Below, piece after piece: positions 42,106 through 53,840 of a stretch of 64,000 bases of DNA. Origin of the DNA: Octopus vulgaris (taxonomy: Eukaryota); assembly GCA_951406725.2 (NCBI GenBank), contig OX597838.1:42904001-42968000 (forward strand). Direction: 5' to 3'. The number at the start of each line of letters is the position of its first letter. The first letter of the stretch is position 1. The position numbers and the translations under genes are program-made. The notes under the pieces were generated by a model that saw nothing but the letters and a program-made list of their open reading frames with translations, made no database searches and was not told the DNA's origin.

Positions 42106-42674
42106 GTTGGTTTTCATTTCCATGCCTTAGTAAGTTTTCTCAAGTATTTTAAACCACAATTTATCACCTCTGCATATGTTTATTTATTTCAAATGCCCCT
42201 CCCCCCATTAGTTATTATATGTAATATAAAACTGGGAAAACAAAAAAAAACTGATAAATTACATGCATATTAATAATAATAATAATAAATCTTTCAACGT
42301 AATTGAACTAATGATTTTAAAAATAACCTTTCTGTTAATATTTTTTATGGTAAAAAAAAAAGAAAATTTTTTAAAAATGAATGAAAGAAAATTTTGAAAT
42401 TTGCAAATCTTTTGAATTTAAAGTAAAAGCAAATTATTATTACTTTTAGATCATTTCTGAAATTTCTGAACTTTTGGCTGTAAAAATATAAACAATGGCT
42501 ATTTTTACAAAGTTCACGCTTTTATTGAAGTTAATAAGACAAATAAATTGAACCACTTTTATGATTTTGCATCAAGTTTGTTAGGAATGATTTGTTCTTG
42601 ATTTTTCTCTCAATCCAATTAAACTTTGAATGTGAATTGCTTCAATCTAAAACAACCCAACAACTTTTTTCTAG

Positions 42675-42791
42675 GCAAAATGGAAGAAAAATACAATAAT
42701 GAAATCTGTAGGAAACGTGCAATGGAGAGACTAATGATAGACGGGACCCTTAGAGACCCTTGGCACAAAGGAATGATGGGAGGTGGACGAG
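42675..42791 (+). CDS. PHF21A: Candidate alternative cassette exon of PHF21A (117 nt, phase 1-1)
   Basis: cttttttctag|GC...CGA G|gttagt; stop-free in frame: GKMEEKYNNEICRKRAMERLMIDGTLRDPWHKGMMGGGR; composition differs sharply from the AT-rich flanks; no counterpart in human as recalled. Confidence 0.6.
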
Positions 42792-43313
42792 GTTAGTGGA
42801 AGAAATAGTACTATTGTCGAGCTTGTGAATAATTAGTGTAGTGGTTGAAGTGTGCCAGGCTTACTAATTTGTCAGTTAATTAGTTCTCTCAAACATGAAA
42901 CAGCTTGATGCAAAATAGCAAGAAACATTTCTTGAAAACTTTCTGATAGTTTCAAATTAAATCTTTCACGTTGCCCTTCCAATAAATATAGTTGTTGTCA
43001 TTTCAATTTGGTTTGGTTTTTGTGTGTGGTTTTTGTTTTGTGATTTTGTTTTGCCGTTATGTAATCAAAAAAAGCCTTTGTGAAGATAAATTTTAGGACA
43101 AATACACATTTTCTGTTTATTTCTCAAAATTAATTCCACACCACTTAACTGTTTAACTTGTTTGAGTCACTTAAGTTCTCATTTCATAAAAAAGCCTTTA
43201 GAGCACAGCTCAATATTAAGTATTAATAGTTGTTTGGTCATTTTATTTCCATTGTAGTTTTGTTGTTGTCTGTGAAGAACTCAGTCTGATTTTGTATTTC
43301 AATCTTTCCCCAG

Positions 43314-43390
43314 AGTTGCAGAGTAAAAGGTCTGAGCGGAAAAGACGAAGTACAGCCAACCCACAATTTAGTTACAGCTTAGAAAGTGAT
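43314..43390 (+). CDS. PHF21A: PHF21A exon (phase 1-0)
   Basis: ctttccccag|AG...GAT|gtaagt; ELQSKRSERKRRSTANPQFSYSLESD versus human [20 protein letters not shown]. Confidence 0.95.
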
Positions 43391-44617
43391 GTAAGTTAAC
43401 ATTTTATTTCTGTCTCTCTGACTTTATTAAACAGAGATCCCAACACAGCCCCACCCCAACTCTATTGCCTTTCTACTGTATCCCTCCCTTGTCTTTCCTC
43501 CCTCAGTTATATAGGCCATTCTAGGTCCTTAGCCCAGTACAACCTGTAAAGTGTTGGCATTAAGAAGGACACTGAGTCATAGAAATCATGCGAAAGTAGA
43601 CAGTGGAGTGTGATGCAGTCCTTTGACTCTGCAGATCCTGTCAAATTGCCCGACCCATACCAGCCCAGAAGCTGGACATTAAATGATGATGATGATGATG
43701 ATGATGATGATAGTTTGTAAAGAATAAGCAGTGCACAGTATTGAATATGAAGTATTGACAAACAAGACACTGTGCTGGGCTGTTGTTATGGATGAGTGTT
43801 GGTTTATAGAGGACAAGACTGAATTACAGATAATGTGTTAAGGGTAATTGGACACTGGTGTGGATTAAAAGGTGATTGCTCCTTTATAAGCAACACCTGT
43901 AAGGTGGGGATGAGGAGACTGGCTGAGTTGATAGAGTTTTGGATGATTGCCAGGTAGTATCTCTCTCACTCTATGCTCTGAGTTCAAATAACACCGAGTT
44001 TGACTTACCTTTTGTCTGTTCTGCACTGGAGTCAATTCTCTCTTTTTTTTTCACCTAGAAGAAACCAGCTGTGTTCAAACCTGGGGGTTGATGGTCTCTA
44101 TCAGATCTGAAAATGCTGAAGCTATACTGAGTGTCTTAATGGCACGCCAATGACTCCACCAGGTGCAAATTGTTGTAAGCAATATTTAAGGGATTGTAGA
44201 TGGTTATTGAATGAAACAACCAAGTTAAAACCATATTTAGCATAGAATAAAATTAACCCTCCCTCTGTTGATTAAAGTTTTGCTAGTGATGTAACATGCT
44301 AATCATATGCAAATCAGTTCTTACAACCTCTTTCTATTGGCCAATAAAAATAAAATGTACGACATCATATGAAATATGGAGAATTTCACTAAGCACCCAT
44401 CTCTCAAAAATGAGTAAACTCAGTTCAAATGCACAGAGCTAAGTGTTGTTGGTTTCTTTGGAGTAAGGCTTAATGATTCCTCTGTATCTCCTGCATATTG
44501 ACATGGAATTGACCAGGAATTCCCACCCTTTTGTCTCTGTTATTTTATGCTGTCTTTACAACATTTGATCCTTAGATACATTTTGATTTGTTTCTTGTCC
44601 CTTTTCTTCTCTTGTAG

Positions 44618-44678
44618 AGAAAACGAATGAACTATTTGGTCGGATCAAACATTACAACTGGAACAAAACGACCTCGAG
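44618..44678 (+). CDS. PHF21A: PHF21A exon, first half of AT-hook (phase 0-1)
   Basis: cttgtag|AGA...CGA G|gtacgg; RKRMNYLVGSNITTGTKRPR(G) versus human RKKSAVTYLN...GTRKR(G). Confidence 0.92.
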
Positions 44679-45185
44679 GTACGGTGATTATTGTTGGTGT
44701 TGTGTTTGTGAAGGTGCATGGTGTAGTTGTGAGGGTGTTGCTCATCAGGATCATAAAATCATGGTTTCAATCCCTGGATCGGGCAATCTCTGTTGCGTTC
44801 TTAAGCAAAATACTTTAGCTGTGGATGTGTTCCAGCAATGGGTGGGATGTTGGTCCAGCAATGAACTGAGGGGGTAGTCTTGTAATCTCAGCCCCTTATG
44901 CACCGTGAAAACTGGGTATGAGTGTTGGGGCTCACATTTTGAGTTCAAATCCACTAGAGTCAAGGGTCTATTTTTGCCTTTTCTCACTCAAGGGTACCAG
45001 TAATTATACTGAGACATTTCTACCAATCTGTGATATCAAAAATAATTAACTTTGTACTTAAAATGTTTTGTGGGGGGATAATTCAAAGTTCTGCAAGTAA
45101 AGACTAAAAAAGAGTGGAAATTTATTTTCTGGTGGAATAAATCCCTGACTTGGGTTTTAGTTTTTCTTTTTCCTTCTTTAAATAG

Positions 45186-45218
45186 CAAAATATTTAGTTC
45201 AAACTGAAGAAGTCAAAT
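45186..45218 (+). CDS. PHF21A: Candidate 33-nt microexon interrupting the AT-hook (phase 1-1)
   Basis: ccctgac branch-like site, tttttctttttccttcttt tract, aaatag|CAAAATATTTAGTTCAAACTGAAGAAGTCAAAT|gtaaga; in frame (A)KYLVQTEEVK(C). Prediction from splice signals only. Confidence 0.35.
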
Positions 45219-45694
45219 GTAAGATTGGAGGATTGAAAGTGTTGTGGTGGTTCAAGGGAAGAATTAGGAGAGAACGTTTGATGTGGAAGATGGAACTGGT
45301 TGGAAAAAAAGAAATGAAGTGAAATATATGAACTCGGCAGTAATTTATTTTGTGTTTATTGACTCCAAATTATATATTTTCAGTCAATTGCTTACTTGGT
45401 TTTAAACTTCTTGCATTCTACATGAGTATGTACAGTATCTGTGCTTATACGTTGATTGTGTACTCTCTGTATACCAGCGTTTCTCAACTAGGGGTCCCGC
45501 GAGAAAGAGTGAGATAAGCTAATGCTAATTTCATGATCGTAATATTGCTATAGATGCACAACATTTTATTGGTTATTGTAATATAGACATCATCCTATCT
45601 AACCCATCATTTTATCAAAAACAACAATTATTATGATTATATGTATGTATATATATATATATATATGTGCGTGTGTATGTGTATATATATGTAT

Positions 45695-45884
45695 ATATTC
45701 TGTTGTGTCTGGGGAGAGTGATTCTCTTTTAGTGCCTTATAATTTAACACACTCACCAGTAAAATTTCCACTTATTTCTTTTTTTTTAAAAAAAAAGAAA
45801 GAAGGAAATGGAAATTTTATTGGTGAGTGTGTTATATAATAAGGCACAAAAACAAAATTACTCTCCCCAGACACAACAGAATAT
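45695..45884. mobile_element. Palindromic (foldback) MITE, about 190 bp
   Basis: ATATTCTGTTGTGTCTGGGGAGAGT...ACTCTCCCCAGACACAACAGAATAT perfect 25-bp ends, with complementarity continuing to the T-run/A-run centre. Confidence 0.85.
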
Positions 45885-46043
45885 GCTTCAACACACGAAC
45901 TCACATAAAGAATCTTGCAAATCTAATCCAAAAATGAAATGTGTGTGTGTGTATATATATATATAGTAATATAATAAATAAATAAAATATATGCATATAT
46001 ACATACATATATGTACGTACTTACATCTACATGTATATATACA

Positions 46044-46087
<44 letters not shown>

Positions 46088-46267
46088 TACAGGACACCAC
46101 AAATAAACGTAAAACACAACGAGACGAGAACATAAAATCAAATGAGGAAACGGACTTTTTTTAAACAATGAAAAAACAGTGTACAGGACAAACAATACAA
46201 GGAAATATGCATATATTTTATTTATTTATTATATTACTATATGACCGAACGCACGCGTTATTTCTCT

Positions 46268-46287
46268 ATTTCTCTTCTCCAAGTTTT

Positions 46288-46319
<32 letters not shown>

Positions 46320-46346
46320 CATACATATATATACATATATATATAC

Positions 46347-46387
<41 letters not shown>

Positions 46388-46459
46388 CATATATATATAT
46401 GTATATATATATTATATATACATATATGTATATATTATATATATATACATATATATATG

Positions 46460-46491
<32 letters not shown>

Positions 46492-46565
46492 CACATATAT
46501 ATATATACATATATATATAAAAAAAAAAAAAAACAACATACATATATATATATATATATATATAC

Positions 46566-46608
<43 letters not shown>

Positions 46609-46650
46609 CATACATATATATATACATATATCTATATGTATTATATGATA
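46268..46650. repeat. (TA)n/(TACA)n microsatellite
   Basis: Directly visible. Confidence 0.95.
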
Positions 46651-48005
46651 TTTACCATGTGAACTACCATGAAAAAATATGAAAGACATGGTGTATAATT
46701 TTTTGGTGCCGGGGTTCCTTGAGACATGTAATCTATTTTAAGGGTTACACGCAGGTAAAAAGATTGAGAAACACTGCCCTATACCAAATATTGTTTTATG
46801 TGGACTGTCCAACCCCTACAAGCATGGAAAAGCATTAAAACAACAATGGTGATGTCCCCTCATATTGGCCGTGGCTTTAGCTTTATATAATTTGCATGTT
46901 TTATATGAACTCAAATTGTATTGTTTTATGTGTTAACCTTTTAGCATTTAAACTGGCCACATCCAGTAAAAATATTCTACCTGTTTTATATTCAGACTGG
47001 CCATATCTGGCCTCTCACACTTACCCTAAAATGTCATTGTAAAAATAAACCATCACATCATTGAAATCTCAAAGCTACAAGATAATACCTGATTAATTCA
47101 AAACAATGTGAATAAATAAGGATTATTTTTTAGAGAATTATATGAATGCTAATGGGTTAACACAGGTGTGAGTAGTATCCTGCAAGTGTTATTAGGGAGA
47201 CTAGCATCCGGTCCAGTGAATAGGGATTTATCCCAGGTTTGCTTAACACCATTAGAAAGTGGTGTTGAACAGGTATGGCCACACAGATTCAGTCATGGTT
47301 TATGACTAAAGTGGTGGGACAACTCAGAATCACTCAACAGATACAGGATGATGGAATGACACATTAGAAGGAACTAAAAAGCATACCAGAAATACGGTGT
47401 ACCTGTGCTCGCTCAGCTGGAGACATTTTAATTACGGGTTTGTAAGTTGGAACCCTAAAATGCTGCAGGTGTCTTCAGATAAGTTATGTAATGAATCTTT
47501 GTTGGTAGAAGGAAAATCTGACAAAATTGATTTGCTAACACATGCAAACATGGAAAAGCAAACGTTAAAATAATGACAATGCTTGTTGTTGTTGTTGTTG
47601 TGTAGGCTCTTGTAAAGGACCTGCATGGCTACTCACATCTTGTAGAAGAAGGGGAAAGGAAAATGGGCAGGAGAAGTTGCAAGAGATAGCAATGAGGTGC
47701 CTAGGTGGTCCCCCCACATGGCACAAGGTGAGTTGATGAATCAGTTTACAAGGGAAGGAGAGAAGCAGGCCTAAGTCAGGATGGTAAGGGATCAGTCACT
47801 ATAACATTAAGGGAGAACACAACTGTGCAATAAGCAATGACCTGTACTCAGGCCAAATAGTTGTCTTTAAGAGTTTTGTTGCCATGGTAATGTTATGCAG
47901 GTTTAAACTCGAGTTTCCATAGGTCAATACACCTGAGAGACGTTTTATAATTTTGTTTTGTTGTGGTTAAAGACAGTAAAGGTTCGTTGTCTTAAATATT
48001 TACAG

Positions 48006-48115
48006 GTCGCCCACCAAAACATGGCACATCTCCAACCAACAGTCGTCCAGGTACTCCAGATAGTTCTGACAGTAATGCCAGTATCAAGAATGGTATTGTA
48101 AATGGCTCGTCTGAT
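48006..48115 (+). CDS. PHF21A: PHF21A exon, second half of AT-hook (phase 1-0)
   Basis: tttacag|GT CGC CCA CCA AAA...GAT|gtaagt; GRPPKHGTSPTNSRPGTPDSSDSNASIKNGIVNGSSD (human GRPPK...TSPQSSHPDSP). Confidence 0.93.
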
Positions 48116-50707
48116 GTAAGTATTGCAACAGTTTCTCAATCACAGTTTTCACTTATTTGAAATCATATCTCTACGCAGTGTTATGGATGAAGTACGTCAC
48201 TCTATTTGATTTAGAATTATTTTCCATTTGAGTGATATCACAATGGACTTGGGACAGTTGTTTTTTGAGATAGCTTTTGTCATCTCAGTTTTAACAAAAC
48301 CAAAACATGGAGTTTGCAGTTGATTGCTTCATCATCATCATCATTTAATGTCCATGTTCCATGCTAGCATGGGTAGGAGAGTTTCACAAGAGGCAACCAG
48401 GCCGAAGCCTGCACCAGACTTCTGTGGCTGTTTTGGCAGGATTTTTACAGCTGGATACCCTTCCTAACACCAACCGTTCAGTAGGGTGGAGTTAGTGCTT
48501 TTTGTGTGGAACAAGCACAGGTGAAGTGAGTAGGGCTTTTTATGTGGCACAAGCACAGGTGAGGTCAGTTTTGGCAAGGTTTTCACAGCTGGATGCCCTT
48601 CTGAACACCAAACCACTTTACAGTGTGGACTGGGTGCTTTTAAGTTGCACCTGCACTGAGAGGGTCACCAAGTACTTGCAAGACGAAAACTTTTAAGAGG
48701 GGCGGAGGTGATGATGAAAAGGTTATAGTGAGACCGATACAGGTGTCTTGCTGGAGAGAGAAAGGGATGAAGACAGAAAGAGGTGTGCCACCACAAAGAA
48801 AATATTTGGTTGCTCAACCTGAAGGAAGTGCAGGAGAAGGAGAGAGTGGAAGACCACAGGATGGAGATGGTGGCAACATGCCAGGCATGCTCACAAGGAA
48901 CGGGGGTCAGAGTATAACTGAGATGGTTGCTAAAAGTGATTTGCTTGTGTCTGTATTTATTATGGGTTATGCTACTTCACTTTATTAAGAGGTATCATAC
49001 TCTGATTTATGCCTTAACTCTTTAGCATTTACACCGGCTATATCTGGTTCAAAATATCCTACTCAGATCCAACCTCCCAAACCTACCTTACAATATGTCC
49101 CAGATCAGGGGTCTGCCTCCCTCGTATGAGAGGCATTGATTCTTGTAAAGTCATGACAAAGTTTAATAATAGTTTGATAGTAAAATAGAATGTTACACTT
49201 AGTAAAGGCAAGTTGATTTGATGCTGAACAAAATTCTGGTCACTGAGACACTCAGTTCACAAGTGACTGAGTCTACTTGGCCATAACCTTTTGACATTTA
49301 AACTGACCATTTCCAGCCCAAGTATTCTCTTTGATCAGGTCCAACCTCTCACACCCATCGTACAATGTCTCCTAAAAATAAACAATCACATCTTCAAAAG
49401 CTCAGAGCTAAAAGATAATGCAGGATTAATTCAAAACAATGGGAATGGAAAAGCATTGCATGAAAGAGAGTAGTCTGAATACTAAAGGATTAAAACTTGT
49501 GAAAGAGAGAGAGGGAGATTTAGCTGCCACATGGAGCAGGTCATTCAGGCACATGGAAGCTCCTTTGCTTGTTTGTGAACATGGAAGTCATGTGATATAA
49601 TGTTGTTGTGAATTATTTGGTTTTTAAAACCTGATTTCTTTTGTATCCCACACCGCTTCCACCTTTTTTTGTTGTTATTTGTGAGGTTACTCTTATCAAA
49701 GTTATGAACTCTATGTTTCATCATTTGCCTAAACTGGCAAATCAAGTCAGTGAACCAGTAACTTAATAATATGCAACCAATCTTGATACAAACTGAAAAA
49801 AAAAAAAGACAGACAGAAACATCAAGAAAATTTGCTTTTCTACCACTGAAAATATTTACTGGAAAGACAATTATTGGTTCTAACACAAATTTAGAAAGTA
49901 TACAATAGAAATGTAAATTATTAAGTTGCTAGTTTTCTCATTAAGGCAGAAACTCATAAAGATTATATATAATACAGACATTTGTACTTATTTTGATAAA
50001 AACCAAATGAAAGTGGTAGTAAAAATCACCACACAGCACATGAAATAATCAACTCCATATTTTAGAATATTTAATGTGACCAATTTTGGTGGTTGAAAAG
50101 TAAAATTATAAACATCACATTTGACCTAACTGTGCTGCAAAACCTCCCTATCTTTTGTTTAGGGTGTGTGTGTGTGCTTATGTGTGCAACTTCAGAATCT
50201 GTTTGCTGCACAACTAAAAAACTTGATGCAATGTTTTTTGCATTGTTTAATATTCTGAATTGCTGAACTAATTTTGCCTTTTGTTGCTCTGACTCAATAA
50301 AACAACTATAGGAGAGTTAATTAAATTAAGTATGGCCTGTTCTAAAAATTGGTATTTTAATCAAAGCTATTTAATTAGCATAAAGTTGGCAGAAACGGTG
50401 CAGCACTGAACTATATTCCTTACAGTATTTGGTTCCATCCAGTTACCTCCCTCTGCATTCTGTGTTCACATTCTGCCATGGTCGGCATGGCTTTGTATCC
50501 CTTTAGGGTACTAAAATAAGTACCAGTTGTTTGCTGGGATGAAAGTAACACTCTACACATAGTTACAGGAAATTAATACTGTATATAAAAAAAACCCAAA
50601 AAACTTTCAAATTAAATTGATATTTCAGAATAAATCCAACACATTTTAATGCTTGAAACTATGACATTGTTCTCTAATTGAAATCTCATTTTATGTTTTA
50701 ACAACAG

Positions 50708-50854
50708 GATATCCATGATGGTCTTTGCTTTGTATGCCAAAAAGCTGGCCGATTATTGATCTGTGATGGCTGTGGTATGGCATATCACCCTACTTGTTTA
50801 GAACCTCCTGTTGCTACTTTTCCTAATGGTCCTTGGAGGTGTTACAAATGTCAG
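50708..50854 (+). CDS. PHF21A: PHF21A exon encoding the PHD finger (C4-H-C3)
   Basis: caacag|GAT...CAG|gtataa; DIHDGLCFVCQKAGRLLICDGCGMAYHPTCLEPPVATFPNGPWRCYKCQ, all eight zinc ligands present, colinear with human DIHEDFCSVC...WICPRCQ. Confidence 0.96.
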
Positions 50855-51347
50855 GTATAACTTGGTTTCTGTTCTTTGTTTATATATTTATATATATACA
50901 CACACATGCATATATACATATATATATATACATCAAATATTGATAATAATTTCTCTGGTTTTGTGTTCAAAGATCAAAAAAGTGCTGGATTAGTAAAAGC
51001 ACACAAATTCGTGGATGAATCTCCATCAACTTTGACAATGAGGATTCAGTTGTTTGATCGACTGAATTTTTTGCTCATTATTTTTATCTTGATTTAAAAT
51101 TATCCTCAAGTAATCATATATTTGCAGAAAATTATCTTTGGATATTATCTTCATTTAAATTTCTTATTTGTCACTTTTTAGCTTTAAACAGTTTAATTAA
51201 CATTAAGCACAGAGTTTATGTCTGCCCTTGATTGGTTCGGAGGTAGTTTTCTAGTTACTCCCTGCATAGAGTATGCTGCAGTTTCACTTTCGATGTAGGT
51301 GTACCATCAAATCCCTTCATATTATGTAAAAATATGTCTAATTACAG

Positions 51348-51417
51348 AATGAAAAGAACTCAACAGGTGGGTCAGTGACGCTGGATATAGTACACAATTA
51401 TATCATCAATAAAACTG
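51348..51417 (+). CDS. PHF21A: PHF21A exon (phase 0-1)
   Basis: attacag|AAT...ACT G|gtgagt; NEKNSTGGSVTLDIVHNYIINKT versus human GTLAIVHSYIAYKA. Confidence 0.92.
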
Positions 51418-52589
51418 GTGAGTATTGATTTCTGTCTTCTGGTATCTATTGGGGGGGGGTAAGAGTTTTATGGATGAACTTATTGCATACAGGGCTCAGG
51501 TGGATTGTAACATATCAGAAAAGGTTAAAAGTGGGGATAGAATGCCAACAGATTAGTCAAGTAAAGGACTACAATGAAAGCTAGAAATACAAGTACAGTA
51601 CACAAAATGAAACACAGAAAGATGGAAGAATGAATGAAAAGAATCAGAGGCTGCTAAATGTATTAAAGACCAAGACTATGTTGTCTGGTGAACTGCTGCT
51701 TGTTGCATCAGCAGTGTCGGACTGCTCATGAAAGGGCCTGTGAATAATATCCCATTAACAACACTATTTTCTACAGCTGGATCCCCCTCCCTGTCACCAA
51801 CCTTCACCTGTTTCCATCCGAGGTAATATCCCACCCACCCACCGTCCTGCCCAGACATGTTTTCACAGAACATTGCAAATGAACAACACTGCTTGTATGA
51901 CGGTGGCACACTCCCAACTATCATATAATGCCAAGACAAGGAACCACAAGCACACACACACACACACACACACACACCGGCTTCTTTCATTTCCCATCTA
52001 CCGAATCCACTCCTATGACTTTGGTCATTTGAGGGGCTGCTATAGTAGGAGACTCTTACCTAAGGTGCCCCCACAGTGGGACTGAACCTGATACCTTGTG
52101 GTTGGCGAGCAAACTTCTTAACTACACACAGCCATCAATAAAGAGAATCAGTGGCCACACAAAACTAGACCATTCACACATGGCAGATAAGATGGCACCG
52201 TGTTCCTGTTACCTAATCAAATCCTTGTCATATCAAGCAGGGATCCCTAACTGCCTAGCCACGGATCATTATTATTTCTGTTTTATATGTAATAAATTAT
52301 ATATTATGCACTTTTATTGTGTTTTGTTATGCAATGATCCCTTGGTCTGTGGATAAACTGTCTGTCGTGAAACCAGTCCATGGTACAAAAAAGGTTGTGG
52401 GGCTGTTGATACAGAGTATCAAAAAAGCTCATCTAGGTGTAGTGTAGAGTCCGCTTGAAAGGGCTTGTCACTTCCAACAATTTACCTTGATACATGCCCC
52501 ATAACATGTTGGGTTGTAGGTTAGTTGAGCTAGCAAGATAGCCTCCCTGTGGTCACCTAACCTCCTGGGAATAGCAGCTATGTCTGATA

Positions 52590-52977
52590 CTAGCAGTATC
52601 ACCCAGCGTTGCTCGGGTTTGTTTCAAACCTTTAGAATTGGAATTTTTGAAACGTAAAAATTTTGCATTATGTAGCTTGTTATTCTCTTTAAGTGAACAT
52701 TTTTCTGGTTGAAATACACCGCAAAATGGCGACACAGCAGTCAAAAAATCGTAAAAAAATAGGGATTTTCATAGAAAAAAAGCATCTCTTTGATGTAAAT
52801 AATTTTTGGTGTTAACATGGTCCGATTTGAATTTTTTCTTGTACGGAATGAAGAGCAAGCCTTCTATCATACTCTCAATTTTGGTCAACTTGTGCTGCAG
52901 GGTCTGAGGAGATAGTGTTAGTTGAAGGCTGCCAAACCTGCCATATATAGACAACTTCAGCTTTATATAGAGAGAGA
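52590..52977 (-). mobile_element. Non-autonomous Helitron (388 bp)
   Basis: Minus strand: A|TCTCTCTCTATATAAAG ... CCCGAGCAACGCTGGG hairpin ... CTAG|T; 5' TC, subterminal hairpin, 3' CTAG, A/T target, no TSD. Confidence 0.85.
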
Positions 52978-53216
52978 TTATAGTGGTACCAAGCTGTAAA
53001 AAGAATGACACATTGGAAAGAGAAAAAGTAGGCTTCATATAGAACTACTTCAGCAATGGATTGAACCCTGTGAAGGTCTCAACTCCCCTGTATTTTTACC
53101 TTTGAAATTTGAAATATCTTTTCATGGTACATTTTTTGCACAGATTAATTTCAGAGAGAGTTTTTTTTTTGTTTTTGTTTTTGTTTTGATATTTTTCATT
53201 TTTATATTTTTAACAG

Positions 53217-53320
53217 CCAAAGATGAAGAAAGAAAAAAACTACAAAGAAGAAATACAGAATTAAATAATGAACGAATACAGTTAGAAACAAATACGAAAC
53301 AACTTTCCCAATCATTATAT
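53217..53320 (+). CDS. PHF21A: PHF21A exon, C-terminal coiled coil (phase 1-0)
   Basis: taacag|CC AAA...TAT|gtatgt; AKDEERKKLQRRNTELNNERIQLETNTKQLSQSLY versus human [35 protein letters not shown]. Confidence 0.94.
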
Positions 53321-53423
53321 GTATGTATTTTATGTATAACTTATCAGTATTTTTCTAACTGTCAGTCTGTTCTTTCATCCATTAATTCTGCTCCTTGATC
53401 CAAGTGTTTTTAGAGTACATTTC

Positions 53424-53840
53424 GGATCTTTTTGGTTTGAACGGCAGTTTTTTAAAATAATTTCCACGTAACTAAACACTTTTAAACTTCGTATACTGGT
53501 AGAATGTGTTTATAAAACATCTTTTTCTTTTGGCTTTATTGAGAAAATTCAATAGTTTGTAAGATATTTGTTGTTTTTTTTCTTCAATTTCTGCAATTTC
53601 AACCGATCAATGACGTCTATTGAGGTGAAAACATTCTGTGCCATATGAATATGTCCCTCGTTTAAGAAACAGATTGGGTTTATTTACATTTCTGAAGAAA
53701 AAAAGATACCCTTGCCCCCACCCCTAACCCTAACCCTAAAACATATTGAATTGCAATAGATCGATACTAGGGTCATAATTATGGGTGACAATTCCATATG
53801 ACACCGCTAGAAAAAACTGCTGTTCAAACCGAAAAGATCC
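53424..53840. mobile_element. Non-autonomous DNA transposon (MITE), Merlin-like, copy 2
   Basis: TIRs GGATCTTTTTGGTTTGAAC / GTTCAAACCGAAAAGATCC; perfect 8-bp TSD TACATTTC (53416-53423, 53841-53848); internal CCCTAACCCTAACCCTAA. Confidence 0.9.

Larger units (their letters stand above)
45475..46776. mobile_element. hAT-type MITE with nested insertions
   Basis: TIRs CAGCGTTTCTCAA / TTGAGAAACACTG; 8-bp flanks ctgtatac / ccctatac (6/8); interior holds a palindromic element and long (TA)n. Confidence 0.7.

Noticed and set aside
53722-53739. Telomere or interstitial telomeric array
   Set aside because: Only three CCCTAA units, internal to a MITE present twice in the window.
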